Below are positions 13,378-28,428 of a stretch of DNA of 64,000 bases, one piece after another. Source of the DNA: Paraspadella gotoi. Its lineage: Eukaryota > Animalia > Chaetognatha. How positions within the stretch are numbered: position 1 is the stretch's first letter; each line of letters starts with the position of its first letter. Both the position numbers and the translations under genes were made by a program. The DNA is taken from contig CM119266.1 in assembly GCA_051294375.1 (NCBI GenBank), forward strand, positions 4,032,420 to 4,096,419. The letters are read 5' to 3'. Below the pieces are notes generated by a model. The model was not told where the DNA came from and searched no databases. It was given only the letters and a program-made list of their open reading frames with translations.

Positions 13378-16300
13378 TTAAAGTTTGGATTCGTCTTGAT
13401 CAGCGGCCGACGAATCAGATTCGGACGGAACAAGAACCACAGTGTCAACGTTGAGCGGGCTGGGCCTCGACTCCGCGCCCGACTCGCCCGGCCCGCCCTC
13501 CGGAACGGGCATAGTCATTTCGCCCTCCGTCCCGCGACCATCCTCTCCGTCTCTCGATCGCTCCGCCCGCGAATCCGAGACGACCTCGTCGTCGACGGCG
13601 TCGCTTTCTCCCCCGCCGACGCCATTTTCAACGGGACATTCAGTTCCGCCCCAAGATTCCATGACACTCTCGGAATCCAAATATTCCAAGTAACTCTCGG
13701 GCGGAGAATCTTCGGCCGTTATTGTGCTGAAGGTGATGGGAGGAAAAGCGAGAATTAGATTTTAAAACTAGCGTGACATGAGATAACATTAAAATTGAAT
13801 TTACTTTTGTCTCTTCGCCCGTTTAATTAATACTTTGGCCATAACGAGGCTCTCGTGTTGTTCGATTTCAACCAAACGATTTGCTTCCTCTTCCTTTATT
13901 TTTTCCTAGAGTAAAAGAGAATAAGTGAGTCAGTAAAAATCGCACCGAGTATAACAATTGTTATGAATTTCAGTCGCCTCTCAGTATCGAGATGATAATA
14001 CGACCAAAAACGAACTTTGGGTAACTTTTGGTAGCTTTGGGTAGCTCTCTTTTTACACACACGAGGTCCCACTAAGGTTTAATGCTTTTCTGTCTAACTG
14101 CAGTAAAAATAATGTAATCTTGCGGTCCACTACCTGTGGCGTTGCCTTTGTCGAAAATTGTTGTATATCCGTAGAGTAATCAAGTATCAACGCTGACATC
14201 TGCATGTGTTTAAAAATGCTTAACCATTAGTTAATCACAGAGAATGACTAATTACTCGCAATAAGTTTAGCATATCTCGAATTTTTAATAAGCTTAATTA
14301 GTTTAAAATAGCTGAAGAACCCGTTAAACATTTCAATTAAATTCAAGACAAAGTAGAATTTACCTGATTAGAATCAGGATCGAACTCGGAAACAATGCAG
14401 GCCGTATCAATTTGATCAGTGATTGATGTATACTCGTTCTTGTTGAAGGAACTAAAAATCAATGAAATTTTTTAAGTAAAACTCCCAGAAAATATTACTT
14501 TTTTTTCACTTATGAAAATAAACTGAAATACAAGATAAAGAAAATACCATTTTAACATCTCATTTTTAAAATACGTTTTAAACTCTAATCCATGCGACCA
14601 CGAAGGCGGTGAAAACAAAGGCGACAATACCTGGTTCTACAAAGTAGAACCTTAAATTTGAAATTAAAGAATAAGAAATAAGCGTATAATTTCACAAGCG
14701 CTAAAGCTTTGACGTTAAAATGTTATCACGACATATTTATAAATGTGATCATAGCAGGAATCCTCACGTTAGGAATTAATGCCGCCAAATAAAAAAAAAA
14801 CTCAATTACTACACTTTACTTAAAACAAAATACCGAAATGACAGAAAATATCCACTTTGATAATAAACACTAAAAATTACAAATACGGTTCAGTCCAAGC
14901 CAGAAAATGACACCAGCAGTCAGGAACTTAACAAACCATCAGTACAATAGCTAAGGTAAACGATGATTGATTGAGGGCGACTTCTTAGGGACAAAAGTTT
15001 TCCATCAGCAACGATAATATTTACACTAGTAGGGGTAGCCCCACTCAATGGGGTGAGTCAAAAATTTAGAATAATTACATGCTCAAACGAAAATTTATAC
15101 ATTTTGAAGTATACTTTCAATGGACAAAACATTTCTTAGTGGCTCTTTACTCAAAAAATTAATTTTTTAATATTTATTTAAATGAGAAAGGCCAAAATTT
15201 TTTTGCTTTGGTCTTAAAATTTAATTTTAAAATTTTAAGACCAAAAAAATCATCATCATCATCTTTTGATGATTTTATTAATTTTTTTATATTTTCACAT
15301 AGAAAACGTAACTTTTATGTTCTATCAGTTTCCATCAAAAAATTTCAAGATTTCAAAAAAAAATTTTATAATGTAAAAAAAGACAAGTAATATTTAATGT
15401 ATTAATCAAGACGTATAATGTAAATTTTTTTTTAAATGATTGCCTAAATATTTAGTCAAGACAACTAAAAATACTTTGCTAATAGTCAAAAATATATATT
15501 ATCTCTGGAGTTGGTCCCTAACACTAGACTATTTAAATAAAAATTGAAAATATTCCCAACGCACCATACTCCCACTACTCCCACAGTCCCAGTAAAGGCG
15601 CCCGATACCACATTTTAAAAGGATTGGGACATACCACCAATGAAAAACCCATGTCGTTTTAAAATCGTACTCATGTTAAAATATTTGTCGGGAAAAAGTC
15701 GATGACCCCGACGAGACGGTTGCAGCGTCGGCGTGTGGGCATTATAAGGCGGGCCAAAATTGAACACTTTTTATAACTTTTAATTCTTTCAAAAAAATTC
15801 CTTTTTTTCTTCTATTACTAAATCGATTTTCAATGCAACTTTTTGAATTAGTTCATTGGGTTGTTGCACTGAAGGTTTTAAATATTTATTAATATATAAC
15901 AAATGACAAAAAATTTTTTTTTAAAAATTAGAGCTTGAAAAGTTAAATGAAAGTTAGTACTACAATTATTTTAAATTTTGACAAAAAAAACGTTAAAAAA
16001 TCATCATCATCATTGGCTGAATTTTATAGTTTTTTAAAATTTTTATCAATAAAACAAAAAAATTTTAAAAATTTGTATTAATAACCTTTATCTAACTTTT
16101 AAAGCTCTATCAGAATCCATTAAAAAAAATCAAAAATTCAAAAAAATTTTTTAACTATATATAGTAATAAAATAATCTTTAAATGCTTCCGTGCGCTTAT
16201 TAATAAGATAATTTTTTAAAATTATTTTTATTTTCATATTCTCTAACAGTCACTTTATCATTACTTATTTGAGAGAACTTCTAGTTTTTAACCTGTTCCG

Positions 16301-19300
16301 GCCTAGTGGGCAATATGGGGCTGCTAAAGTATCATATTGATTTCGATATTTCAATATGCTACAAGAGTACATTTATAGTTTGCAAAAAATATATTCTTTT
16401 GAAAATCCCATATTACGTTTTCAAGGTGGTAAATAGGAACATGCGGCATTGATAAAATTGTCTCATTTGTCAGTCAAGCATTTTAAGTAAAGTTGAATAA
16501 TGAATATTCTTAAAGGGGGACGACCACAATGAATCCCAATCTATCAATATCATACCTATTCTTTTCCCTCATATGCTTTAAATCTACTTGGGCTTCCAAA
16601 GCGGCTCTAAACGTAATATGCAGGTGAGGAAAGTGCGAGATGATTACGATTTGCCGAATAGAAATCGCCGGGCGCTGACTTCATAGTCTAGCTGGTATGT
16701 AGTACAAAGATAAAAATACTAATTCTAATTTAAAACAAATGTAATTATACAATATCTGTTCTGCCCACGAAAATTCGGCTAATCAACTGATAAATAATGA
16801 TAGATCTAACATTATCCTTTTGATTCATAAGATAGTAAATGTAATTTGGTCAAATTATTAGTCAAGCGCGATTTCCTCAACAACATGCCAAAGCGCTATT
16901 TTTGTGCGAGTGAAAAAAAAAAAAATATTGAAAAATTTTTCTAAATGCGCAGCCGAAATAAAAACAAAAGAAAGATATTTGTACTGACCTTAGGTTAACT
17001 CCGACTTGAACGATTTGTCGCCCGCGCGTCGCGCCCTTTCCACTGGACGAGACAGTGAGAGGGGCCTCGGCGTGTTCGGGCGCTCGGATCCGCGTCCCGG
17101 GGCCGAAGGGTGACAACGGACCCGTGAGAGGCGGAGAGAAAGGAGGTCGAACGGTTTGTGGGTCCTGAGCGATTGAGAGGGAATAGAGGCATATTGGGTT
17201 TGTTAAGATCGAGACAAAACTTATATAATATTTAAATTAAGATAATTAATTTACATCCGTTTGCTCTTCTATTTCGTCTTGTTCTTTGGTATCTGGCAAG
17301 ACAAAAGGAGAGACAACAGGAGCTTTGGTCTCTTGATCTCCGTCAGAAATTGATTTTGATCTGGGAAAAAAAAAAGACGAGAAAGGGTTTGATTTGATTA
17401 AAGCTTACATGATAATTAAATATATTTATCAATATAAAAAAAATGAATACCTGGAATCGCCGGATAAAAACCGTTGCCTTTGTCGAAGTTGCATCGTTGG
17501 ATCGTGAGAAATCGTTCGCAAATACCTAAGTAAGTGATAGTGATGCAATTTCGTTAACCTCGGTCCAAATTTGCATCTCCTGCTTGAACTGACTTCAGAC
17601 TCGCGGCTCCGCGTTTCCTCGAATGACGAGGAAGAAAACTTGCGGCGGATGTGGCTTCGTCGAGGTCGAACGACGCTCGGGGAGATAAACAGCTGCCTTC
17701 TGAAATGTTTACTTTTAATTAATTAATTAATTAATTAAAAACAATCTTGAAATAAATTTGTAGCGGAATAATCTTGAATTAATAATAATATTTAAATTAG
17801 CTAACCGAATATGTCGCCCTCTTCGTCATTAATGAGTATTTTGGGCGAGCCTTCGCGTCTCTTGGAAAAGGAGTAATCCGTAAAAGGTTTTAACTTTTCG
17901 GTCTCTGGTTTTCGAGGCGTCGTCGATGTAGCCGATTCTTCGCGATCCTGTTTATTGTTTAATATTTATTATTTAATGTTTATTTTTTTAACCCGGAACT
18001 CACGATACGTTAACGAGTACTGAGATGTCCATTGTCCAAGCCAATGGGACGAGCTGAGTTTCATCAAGCTATACGGGAGGCGAATTTAGGATTCGCTACA
18101 AAAGTTTAATTAGCATTAGTCTATCCTGATTCTTTTTTTTCTCATCATTTAACCCAGTTTTTTAGTTTTTAGTTTCTTGCAACTCCATAAGCTATTGATA
18201 AGTGTAGAATTTTCCTATTGTTTATGTTATTGTTATTGTTATTGTAAATATGACATTGGTATAACCATTGTAAAAATTATCCACTTATTTAATAAATGAA
18301 CTATCATTTAATAGTTATTGTTAAATTTCGAGTACTACAATGTCAAGTCGACATTTTCAAACTCACGGAATTGTTGGAGATTCTTCTGTCGACGCCGAGA
18401 GCGGCGAAGGCAGCGTCGGCGTCGGCATCGCCGCTCGCCGTGTTGGCTTGACGTTGAATCCGCGGCAGACGCGGCAGACGCGGCGTCCGCGTCGGCGTCC
18501 GCGGCGACTTCCGCTTCTCCTCGTCCGACGTCGCGAAATGCTGCATCGACTCGGCATCCGTCCCTGTTGAAGATGTTAACCATTAAATTAACCACAGTTA
18601 ACCAGTTAACCGCCTTAAGCCCAAAGTGTCAGGGCGAATTAAATACCTTTAATAAAAGAGGCTTGAATCGCTTCCGCCTCAGCAGCATTATCATTGGCGC
18701 CGAGCAAAGTATTACTCCGAGTAAATCCGCCGAAGAGTGGACCCACGCCGCTGCTGGCGTGGACGAGGTGTCCGCCGACGCCGCCGCTGTCTCCGGAACT
18801 CGTGTTTCGATCCCTTCGTCCTGAAGGCCATTTGGTTTCGTCGTCCATCTCTGAATCTGGCGGTTCGCTCATCTGTGTCGCCATGAATCGATGGATCACC
18901 TGGAAAAACAATAATGTTTAGAAAGGGATTTGGTTTAAATAATTCAATGTTTGAATTAATTCTAAAACTAGTTTAGTTTAAGTTTAAACCTGAAGGGATC
19001 CTACAATTTGAGAGGCGACTTCTTCCATCTTCATCATCCGGAGCTCGAGGGTTTGTAGGCTGAAACATTGGTCAATGGGATTTAAATATTGACCAAGTTA
19101 TAATCATTTAACAATAAAGAAAATTGACTTTAAATGATGTCTACTTATTGAATATAATTTAATTCTTTACTTTTATAAGCTTATATCTTCAGTACTTTTT
19201 TTATGTAGTAATAGCACAAAATTAATACAACAATTCCCAAATAAGATGGAATAAATAAGGTTACCTCAATCTGACACAATTCTCTCTCGTTTGAACGTCT

Positions 19301-22300
19301 TCCATTTTGGACGCCATTCCTTCGACGCGATCCACAGTCAACTAAAGTAAGAAATTGAAATTAAATGGCAACAATCAGTTGGTAAGACAGGTTCTTAGAA
19401 AAAACAAACCCAGTTAAATTTATTATTTCAGCAATTTTGCATTTGTTTCTCTTTTTGTGGATTTTTTGTTAGTAGGCTCTTTGAGTTTTATAATTAATAA
19501 TCTAGTATCAGTTAAATATAGCTTTCCAAATAACTAATACAGTAGTAATTGCTGCAGAACCCTGCCGGTATTTTCCATTCAATTTGAAATGGTGTTTTGG
19601 CGGGTAGACAATTAGACACTGAAAGACCACAAACCCAAACCAAAAATATTTATATAAAAGATACGTCATCATTAAAAATGATTAAGCGAGAGGGGTTTCA
19701 ATTCAATAAATAATTTGATATCCCCATAAACATTCGTAATATTATAACGCACTCGCTATTTTCCACAGATGATCCCATATAAAACAGCGCAAACCTATAA
19801 GCTCACCCAGTTTGGTACTATCCCCGCCTGGTGTCAAAAAAGGTTAACGAATAGCAAATTATTTTTTTTTACTAAAAATTTAGTTTAAACGCTGTAATTT
19901 TTTTATTCGAGCATCAAAAATTGATAATAATTTACCTTTAACTTTTCATCGGCGGAAGAGTGCGACATGATTTCTTTCTCCTTAAAATAATCTTCCATAC
20001 AATCTTCTTCAAAGTCGCGCAATTTCTCGACAGAGTCTTGATCCAGAAAAAGCTTCAGACTCGTGTCCATTATGAGATTTTCCTTGTGAACTTTTCGGTA
20101 ACAATATTTGACTAGAATGTATATATGATTAAAAACGATGAAAGGAGGCGCGATGACCGGCTTTCTTTCGAATTCCATGATGAGATGATATCGATGGAAC
20201 TTCCAAACCTAAAGTTATGTTTGAAAGAATTAATGTTAATGTTAATTAACTAATGGTAACTTGGTCAGGTTAAGCAAAATTATTGTTATTTTAAAACGGA
20301 CAAAAAATTATGTAGTTTTTCATTTCATCCATCCTAACTTAAGACGAAGCCAATTGTTAAGTTAAATTAATGTCCACGTTAATTAAATTTATTATTTTAA
20401 AAACAGAGAAATTTACGAGTTTTGTTTAATATTTCCTAACCTGAGACGAAACCGATTTGACCGCGTTGTACGTGTTATTGAAAATGGCAATCAGCAGATT
20501 GACGAGCAGAATATTCTCCACGAGAAGGTAGAGGGTCATTAGAATGGGCGTGACCCATTCCCCGGTGATGCAGGGACGGGGATTATCAGGATGTTCCGAT
20601 CGATCCCCGCACGGGGGATCGATGTCCCCGGCGTACACTTCTCCGTACATCATAAAGTATGGCATGAGAAAGATCTCTTTGATCAGATGCCAGTCCCAAG
20701 CCGAGTTCTGCACCTTGATCGATTGTCTGGCGATGCCGAAGCTCATGAGAACTATGAGCATGATGATGCAGAAATACATCATATCGATGACCATTTTGCC
20801 CATCAAAGTGACGAAGGGTCCCAAGTATTTGTTGACGCTGAAAAATTTGAGGGATCTGATGGTCCAGATGGAAATGTTGATGGCGTAAAGGACACGACCA
20901 ACGCTGCGCCATTCCGACGTCACTCGAAAAGAAAGAGCGACGAAGAACCAGACAACGCCCACGCAATCCATCACGTTCCAAATGTTATTGATCCATAAAC
21001 GAAATTTTAAGTTAAGCGTGGGCGGATCGGACATGAGAACTTCGCGCAATTTCTCGCAGGCCATCGTCGCCATGAAAGTGATCACGTAAATCTCCGGAAA
21101 TTCGATGTAATAAACTTCGGGAGTGACGACCATGACCACGTAAATATACATGGACATCATCGCCAAGTACGAGATGGTGTACGACCAGAATTTCGTAATA
21201 GGGGCCGTGTAAAATTCGTACAACTTTTTTCCGATTTTTAAAGAGGATTTTTTCTTTCTTTTGATCAGTTGAGAAAAGGATTGAAACTTGTGGTCGAAGG
21301 AGTTGGAGACGGTCGTCGCGTTCGTCTTGTTGAGTCCGTTCTCCAAAATCTTTGACTTGTCGTTCTCGTTGTCCGAATATTGACTCTGAGACCGAATGAC
21401 GCTGTCTCTCTTGATATTGACGGTCTTGAGATCTTTAAGAAGGACTTTGTCGGGCGATTGTCGGCTTCGTCTGTGGGTCTTCTGCTTCTTTGGTTTGAAA
21501 ACCGAGTCTCTCTCGAATCGCGAGAAATTGTCAGATTCGGTGGAGTCTGAGTCAGAGTCCGAAGAACTGGAGGAGCTTCCCTCCGACACGCTACTGTTGC
21601 TGCTGGAGTCTGTGTCTTCCTGCTCCACGAGATGCTCTTCCAGCGTTTGCGGCATCAGGGACAGTTCCTCTCGACTCTTGAATTCCAAAGCCAGAATGTA
21701 AGGAGGAAGCAAGAGACCCAACATGACCTTCAAGGAAGTGTTCCTCCGCATGCGGAGTCCGCCCATCCACATGTCTGTCAGCAAAATCTGAACGCAGGGA
21801 TGAGCGACGAATTCCTTGTGATTGGCGGTGATTGCGAGAGACAAGCAAGTTTGATTGCTCCACTCTTTCAGTTCGTAAAGCAAAAGTTGTTGAGTCAGAT
21901 CGTCGTCTTGTTTATAACAATGATCGAGCAATTCCACGGCGAGTCGTTGAAATTCCTTGGAATTGAGGGAAAGTTCCAAACAGATATCGTCCTCCAAATC
22001 GTCTTCAGCAGCTTCGTAGCTCATGGACTTGAAGAGCTTGGAGGCGATGAGGGCTTTGGCCATGGCCTCGTCCCCGTGTTTCCACATGTACAGCGCCATC
22101 TTTTGACGATTTAACAAACAAGCCCAGACCATGAGATCGTGAAACGGGTGACGGAAAATATGATTCTCTTTGATGTTGTCGTCGTCTTTGGTGGGAGAGC
22201 CTTCGGCCGGGGATTTTATGAGAATGTCCGGGAGAGCGAAGGAGACGACGGGGACGTGAGCGTCACCGGCGACGGCGGCGCAACGCGTCACTTGCGAGTA

Positions 22301-24451
22301 AACGGATCGAATTCGTCGTCGACAATAATGAGATCGAAAGGCGCCGCCCATTAAGAGTTCGACGATCATCCCGATGTCGTTGAGCGTCACGCGATTCACT
22401 TTAGTCACGCTCTTCTTCTTCACGTCTTTGATGAGATACTTGAGCGTGTTGGGATGACCACCCCTGCAATTGTACAGTTCCTCCAGACGAGAAAAGGACA
22501 AGAATTTGGACATGGTGACTCCGTTTTCGATGAGCAGTTGAACGAAATCAACTCGATCCATGATCAACGCGTCCATCATGGCGTTTTCCAGAGTTTCTTC
22601 CGTCCAATCCTGTCCGCCGCTGAAGATCAAACTCCTGGCGATGTCGACGCGATCCCAATGTAAGGCCAGAGAGAGTTGATCGGCGGGAGCGAGATTCGGT
22701 CCTTTGAGCAAAGCGGTGAGAATGGCGAGATCGATGTCCTGGCAAGAACCGTCTCCGATTCTGAAGACGGTGATGAGATGTTTCTTTCTCGTACACAACA
22801 TGAGCTCTATGAAAATCTTTTCGGCTTGGTCCCTTCCCACGCCGAAGGTCTTCATTATGGTGACGAGCAATTGGTCCCTGATGGACTCGACCATCGTCCC
22901 GTCGTCTTGCGCGTATTTGTGGGTGAAAGCGAGGAGATCCGCGGCGCGACCCGAACCGTCGCAGACGACCACGGGAACCGGTGGCTGATCCGTCACGCAC
23001 TCCAGCACCTGGTCGTTGTTAACTCATTTGTAATTTGTTCAATAAATAATTGGTTTATTACTTATTAGTATTGAATAATTCGTATGGGATTTCCAATAAT
23101 AATTCACTAGGAATGGCTTTATTCTGATTAATAATTTCCAGCACATGAAATTTCTTTCAACAACAACAACGAATTAATTTATATCATTCCGGTTTTCTTT
23201 GTATACAAGTAACAAGATAATCATGAAATTTATCCAGTGTCAGTATGAAAATAGTTTTTTCATGCCTTAGTCTAGCGTCAATAATGTGAATGAATCGAAC
23301 AGATTATACATAAATAAGAAAAGTTGTCAGTTACAGGAATCCCGCGAAAAAGTTCAACTCCAACTCACCGTTTGAATCGTGTTGGTTCCTCCTTCCAAAA
23401 CCACGTAGACAACAGGGACACCGTGACGTCGTCCGCGCGTCATCAACCTCATTTGACGCGCGATGTGTTTCTCCAAATTCTTTCGTAAAAAAATTTCGGC
23501 TCCGTATTTTCCTTCTGTTCCGTTGTCAACGAGTAAAAAATGAGTATGAGTTGGATTGAGACAAGAATTGGCGCTTTTAGGATTATTGACGGGATGATAA
23601 TGAGTCTCGACGTCTTGACCTACGAGACTGTCCTTGGATTCGACAACGCCCCAAGCGGCGACGCCGATGGTCACGATCTTTTGTCTACTCTTGCAACTGA
23701 GTTGACAGAGGGCGTCGCCGACGTGACGAACCGCTCCGGTCGACATCCCGTTGGTGATGATCCAAGCGCCGGCGGTCTTGGCGGCCTTGAGAAGGCCCTT
23801 TCGAAACATTCGCTTTAATTTGGGCTGAAGATCAAAGTTAGCGATCCCGCCATGGACGGATATTACTAGTTTGGGCAATTCCACGTTCCAGTGACGTTTA
23901 AACAGCGCCATCACGTTTTCCGATTTCGTGTCGTGAGCGAGTCGAATGTATTGCGCTCTGGAAGGACTCGGGGCGCCTTGAAATTCTATAGTACCGAAGG
24001 CGTCGGTGGGGAATTCGCTCGTGTGATACTTGATAGACCATTTTTTGTCGCGCTCTTTGGCGACGCCTCCCGGAAAGCCGGCGACGGCGCTGGGGACTTG
24101 AAGGTGGCGAGACGGCGGGGGATTTTTGACGGCTCTTGAGTCTAAGTATTTGTGGTCGCGATGGAAACGTCCGCAGCCGCAGCGGTCGCCGCTCGACGGC
24201 GGCGGCGTCCATCCTTCGCCGCCGCCGGGCGTCGGACCGTTGGGGCGAGAGGCTCGACTCGTGGACGGGATGAATTTGACGCATTCGCGTTTCTTGAAGA
24301 ACTGTTCGATCCAGTGACGTTGGACGGAGGCGGTGGAATGAGTGGACGAGGTCGACTCGTGCCGCAGCATCGGGTGAGGAGCGAGGAGGTGAGGACGACG
24401 CGTCTCCTTCTCATCCACTTCTCCCGTGAAAGATCGACGGACGGTAATCAT
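13378..24451 (-). CDS. TRPM: TRPM cation channel (TRPM1/3/6/7 group, no alpha-kinase)
   Basis: Large exons ~24451-23369 (PTDAFGTIEF, PKLVISVHGG, HTHFLLVDNG) and 23008-20441 (MHR, TM1-6, pore YGEVYAGDIDPPC, NLLIAIFNNT). Exon 20208-19936 has TRP box VWKFHR. Coiled-coil exons 19341-19265 and 19059-18990. Many small tail exons including EYTSITDQIDT (~14450-14383), then 13906-13805, splicing in frame into the last exon ending TAA at 13378. Tail exons between 14.5 and 18.4 kb and the start Met are uncertain. Confidence 0.92.
15030..16330. repeat. Two related degenerate AT-rich repeat copies (MITE-like remnants) in a TRPM intron
   Basis: aaaaaatcatcatcatca...ctatcag.tccat.aaaaaa.t.caa.a.ttcaaaaaaa occurs at ~15243-15365 and ~15996-16150. 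Short hairpin ccccactcaatggggt at ~15039. Confidence 0.45.
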
Positions 24452-24975
24452 GACGAAAATGTATAAAGACAAAAGTCACGGAACAAAGATGGCGGAAAAA
24501 CAACCCAAAAAAAATGCTGCCGATTATCGAAGCCTTTGGTTCGAAGCGGACGTCATATATAAAGAGTCGAGAAAGGATAAATAAGAACACAGAAGGGAGA
24601 GAGAGAGAGAGAAAGAGATCACAGTCGCGTAAAACTAATAGAAGGACACAGACGGTAACGGCCAAGAGAGAGTAGAGTTCCATGCAAAAAAGGGATTTTG
24701 GTTTTGTGCAAGTTTTAGAATTGAGTATATGTACAGGAAACGTTCGTCCCAAGCGCTTTGTATCACAGCACGAAAAACGTTCATTTTAATTGACGTTCCA
24801 ACTAGGAAAAAAAATCGTTCATTTTGACAATGATTGAAGAAAAAATATAGATAATGAAACAAAAAAGTGTACGTCTAGTACAAAAAATTGTATGTCTGGT
24901 ACAAAAATTGTACATCTCGTATGTCTTCGACTTCGTTGAGTTCTGTATTATATAAATGCTCGTAGTTCTTAAATT

Positions 24976-27427
24976 TTAATCTTTCTTTAATTCCCAAGGA
25001 AGTCTGAAGAAGCGATGAGGCAATTGAGTGCAATGCGACGAGTCGAAGTTCTTCAAATGCCTCGTTAACAAATAAAGACCGAAACGCTTGGATTCCTCGG
25101 GCGAATTCGGTCGAAGCCTCAAAGGAAAGACAGTCTCTTCGGCGCCCAGGGTGTCGACGAAAGACTGGAGCTTCGCCTGGCACACCTCGCCGTCGACCCC
25201 TTCTTCGCTGAGGAAGTTTTGACGACGAGTCTCCGTCTCGAGGGACAAGAAATGCGTCATGGCGACTTCCGTCTCCGCCGTCACGATGAAAGGGTAACTG
25301 GGGAAAAAAAGGAAGGGAAATTATCAAGGTGTTGCGACTTAATGAGTTTCTTATTAGGTTATGAAATTGGAAAAACCACTATAAAAATTATCCATTCATT
25401 TAATAAATAAGCTATCTTATGTTATTCAAAATTTCACAAGTGATCACATAATTGCATAATTATCAAAATATAAGTATAACACGCATCTTATGATACAAAA
25501 CATTTCTACCAATAATTTATGTAAACCCAAAGGCTCTCAAGTTTCTTAAACTCTTAGACAACTTGATTCGCTGTTCAATAATTTCCTCACCGATGAGACA
25601 AGAATTTCAAGACCAGATCGTTTCCTCTGTTGGTTGAGATTTGAATTGGATCCGGTGGACTGATCGTGCAAATCATTTCGTCCCGCGTTCGTCGAATCAT
25701 TAACACTGGACCGTCGTATCTTTAAAAGACGAAAAACATTTGACATTCGACATAAAAAATACAGATATTTCCTGATAATTATAACCTTTTTAATTGATCC
25801 AAGTTGTTGAGATTTGCGTGTTTGATCACAGTATCGCTTGTGATGCCACCGATAATTTGCGGCATTCGCGCTCGCGCCAAAGGAAGAACGTGATCGAATG
25901 TTGCATCTTAAATGAGAAAAAAATTCTACATTTGCAATTTAACTTTTTTAAAACTTATTCTAAACAAAATCCTGCGATATATCGAGATTTAACCACAAAA
26001 ATCCATACCCAAAATCACGGCCTTGACTCTGGGGTAGTTCATAGCGGCGAAGGTGGCGGAATATCCCCCTATACTCCAGGCGAATAAAATGATCTTTTCC
26101 TGAGGAAAGTTCAGCCTGTGGGTCGCGTATTGCATGACCGTGTCGATGGCGTTCTGCTCAGATTCGGGATAGGGCATTCCGTTGCTGCCTCCGAAACCAG
26201 GATGATTCCAACCGAGTACACTAAAGATAAGGAAAAGACATTAAAACTACTTAACCGGATTAAATTGTATCTTGTGATTCTGATCGCACGAAGTTGATGA
26301 TGCACCCATCAAACAACTACTGTTATTAATTATCAACGATAGTCCAGCTAAATACAATTGTAATTCTTAAGCACTCCTCTCTAATATCTACGTAATAACG
26401 AGTCTTCAAAGCCCAACGTCCACTTCCATCCGTCCAAACCTGTAATTGCACTCGATCGGCGTGTTGGTGCATCCGATCTCGTAAAATCCCGCGTTTCCTT
26501 CGCAGCAGACGACGAGGTATCGTCCTTCCTCCGAGATCTCTCTCCGATCCAGGAACATCGTGTCCACGTCGTTTCCATCTTTGGTTCTTAGTTTAGATCG
26601 ACGTCCTCGCAATTCCTCCACCAACTTGGCTCGTCCTTGGACTAAATGAGGATGAATCGCGTTTTGAATGAATCCGATCGTTCCCGGATACAGAAGCCTG
26701 ATGCCGAAAGTGTGAGCAACGCAGTAGCAGAGTAAATCCCACGGGAGATCGATGAGCCGTTCCGCTCGAGATCGATTCACTTCCGGAGTCGAAACGCGAC
26801 GTAAGGTAGAGTTGCTGGGTCGACCCCGTGGACCTTCGGACCAGTAAAAGTCGACGGGCCACCAGGACATGTCAAAGTCGTAGCAGCGAATGTTGACGTT
26901 GTGGCCGCTTCGGGCGTAGTGCAGCGCGTTGGAGAATGCCATGTAATCCCTAAAAAGTAAATCGTTTTTATCGTTTTTCATTAAATTAATAATCATCTAT
27001 CTTTAGATTTTATGAAATTAGGAATAATTCCTCACTCGTTGAGCAGTCTTCCAAATGCGCGGACCAAGGTTGCTGCAGAGTAAAGTATTGCAAATGAAAG
27101 TCCGTATTTGAAAAGGTAAAGAAAACCTTCGGGATTCATCATATTTCGTCGGTAGGTCATGAAAACTAGGAACGGTGATATAGTGTACGTTACGTTATAC
27201 ATGGTCATCATCCACCGCAAAACGAAATCCCCGCCCTGGAAAAAAAAATAAAAATTTGAATTAACGAACTTGCAAATTAATTAATACGTAACTTTTTAAC
27301 TTACTTTTTCCAAACTATTAAATGGGTACATCGTTGAATACCCATTTCGGTCTTGATGTAAACGATACAACCGAGGTCCTATCAATGCGTACCATATCTT
27401 TCTAGCATATGGCACCATCTTCCCCAT
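24976..27427 (-). CDS. ABHD16A: ABHD16A / BAT5 phosphatidylserine lipase (alpha/beta hydrolase)
   Basis: Exon 1 MGKMVPYARKIWYALIGPRLYR (27427-~27305). Later exons give two TM helices, VDTMFLDRR, LVVCCEGNAGFYEIG, GWNHPGFGGS, catalytic AWSIGG, DATFD and DSSHCTQLP. Stop at 24976. About 7 exons. Confidence 0.93.
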
Positions 27428-28428
27428 AGAGAGTCTTAAAAACTAGTGGAACAAAAACCTACAAACTAATACAACGTAAGATTAATATAACAATTTAACC
27501 ATTTCCTTATTGTCACTTTGAGCTAAACTTTCGTACATTCGAAAGCAAAATGAACACAAAGAGTAAATGAAGTACGGTCAAATACAGGGTGCCTACCAAC
27601 CTCATTGAAAACCTAAGCTTTGGAGAATTTAACTTTTAGGTGGGTAATAGACTAATAGCTTTAGTGTTGAATAATAAATCCAAACATATTTTTCCGAGTC
27701 ACATTGAATTTTGCATTTTTATTGAAAAACCTCGTTTATTTCAGTCATATATCGCGCAACTCTTAAAGATAATTGACAATTGAGCAATTAACTAGGTCGG
27801 GGGATTTGGTCACTAACTAGCCATCATTACTTTATCAATAAATTAATTAAACTTGCTGCTCCTTGTTATAATCCAACGAACTACTAGTACTGACGATGAG
27901 AATAATAATGAAAGAAATAAAAATGGGTGAATAATAGATTTAAAATGAAAATAATGATTCAGTTAAGTTCCTTCCAGGTGGAGAAAAACCTGGATTCAAA
28001 TTATAAAATTAATAACAAAAATTCACTTGATATTCATCATGCCTTCAAGGTCACGACGTCCCGTGGTTACAGCAGACGGGACAGGGGAGGGTTAATATAA
28101 TATTATAATCGGTTTGCAAGATATCATATAAGCAACACATTTCAACTTAAAAAAAAAAGCTTTCACTTAATTTTTTAAAAATAAAATAAAAAGCTAGTTT
28201 TTTAAAATGCTATTTAACTTAATATTGTGAGGTTGAATTGTTCTAGAAGCTTCTGTCGTCGATGATATTAAAACCTGTTTATTCAATAACTAAAAGTAAA
28301 AATTACACACATTTCACAAATTTAATTGCGAAATTGAATAAACGAAAACACATCTACCACAAACGACTTAGTTTTTCATGTATTTATTCCTACGACGAAA
28401 AAAGGTTGTAATTAATAAAACGCAGTAA

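Noticed and set aside
19559-19607. Intronic miRNA hairpin analogous to miR-204/211 in vertebrate TRPM3/TRPM1
   Set aside because: Pairing is short, poor on the host strand, and has no recognisable seed.
20544-24466. Many antisense and alternate-frame ORFs over TRPM (likewise over ZDHHC6 and ALDH3)
   Set aside because: Shadow ORFs caused by GC-rich codon usage of the real genes.
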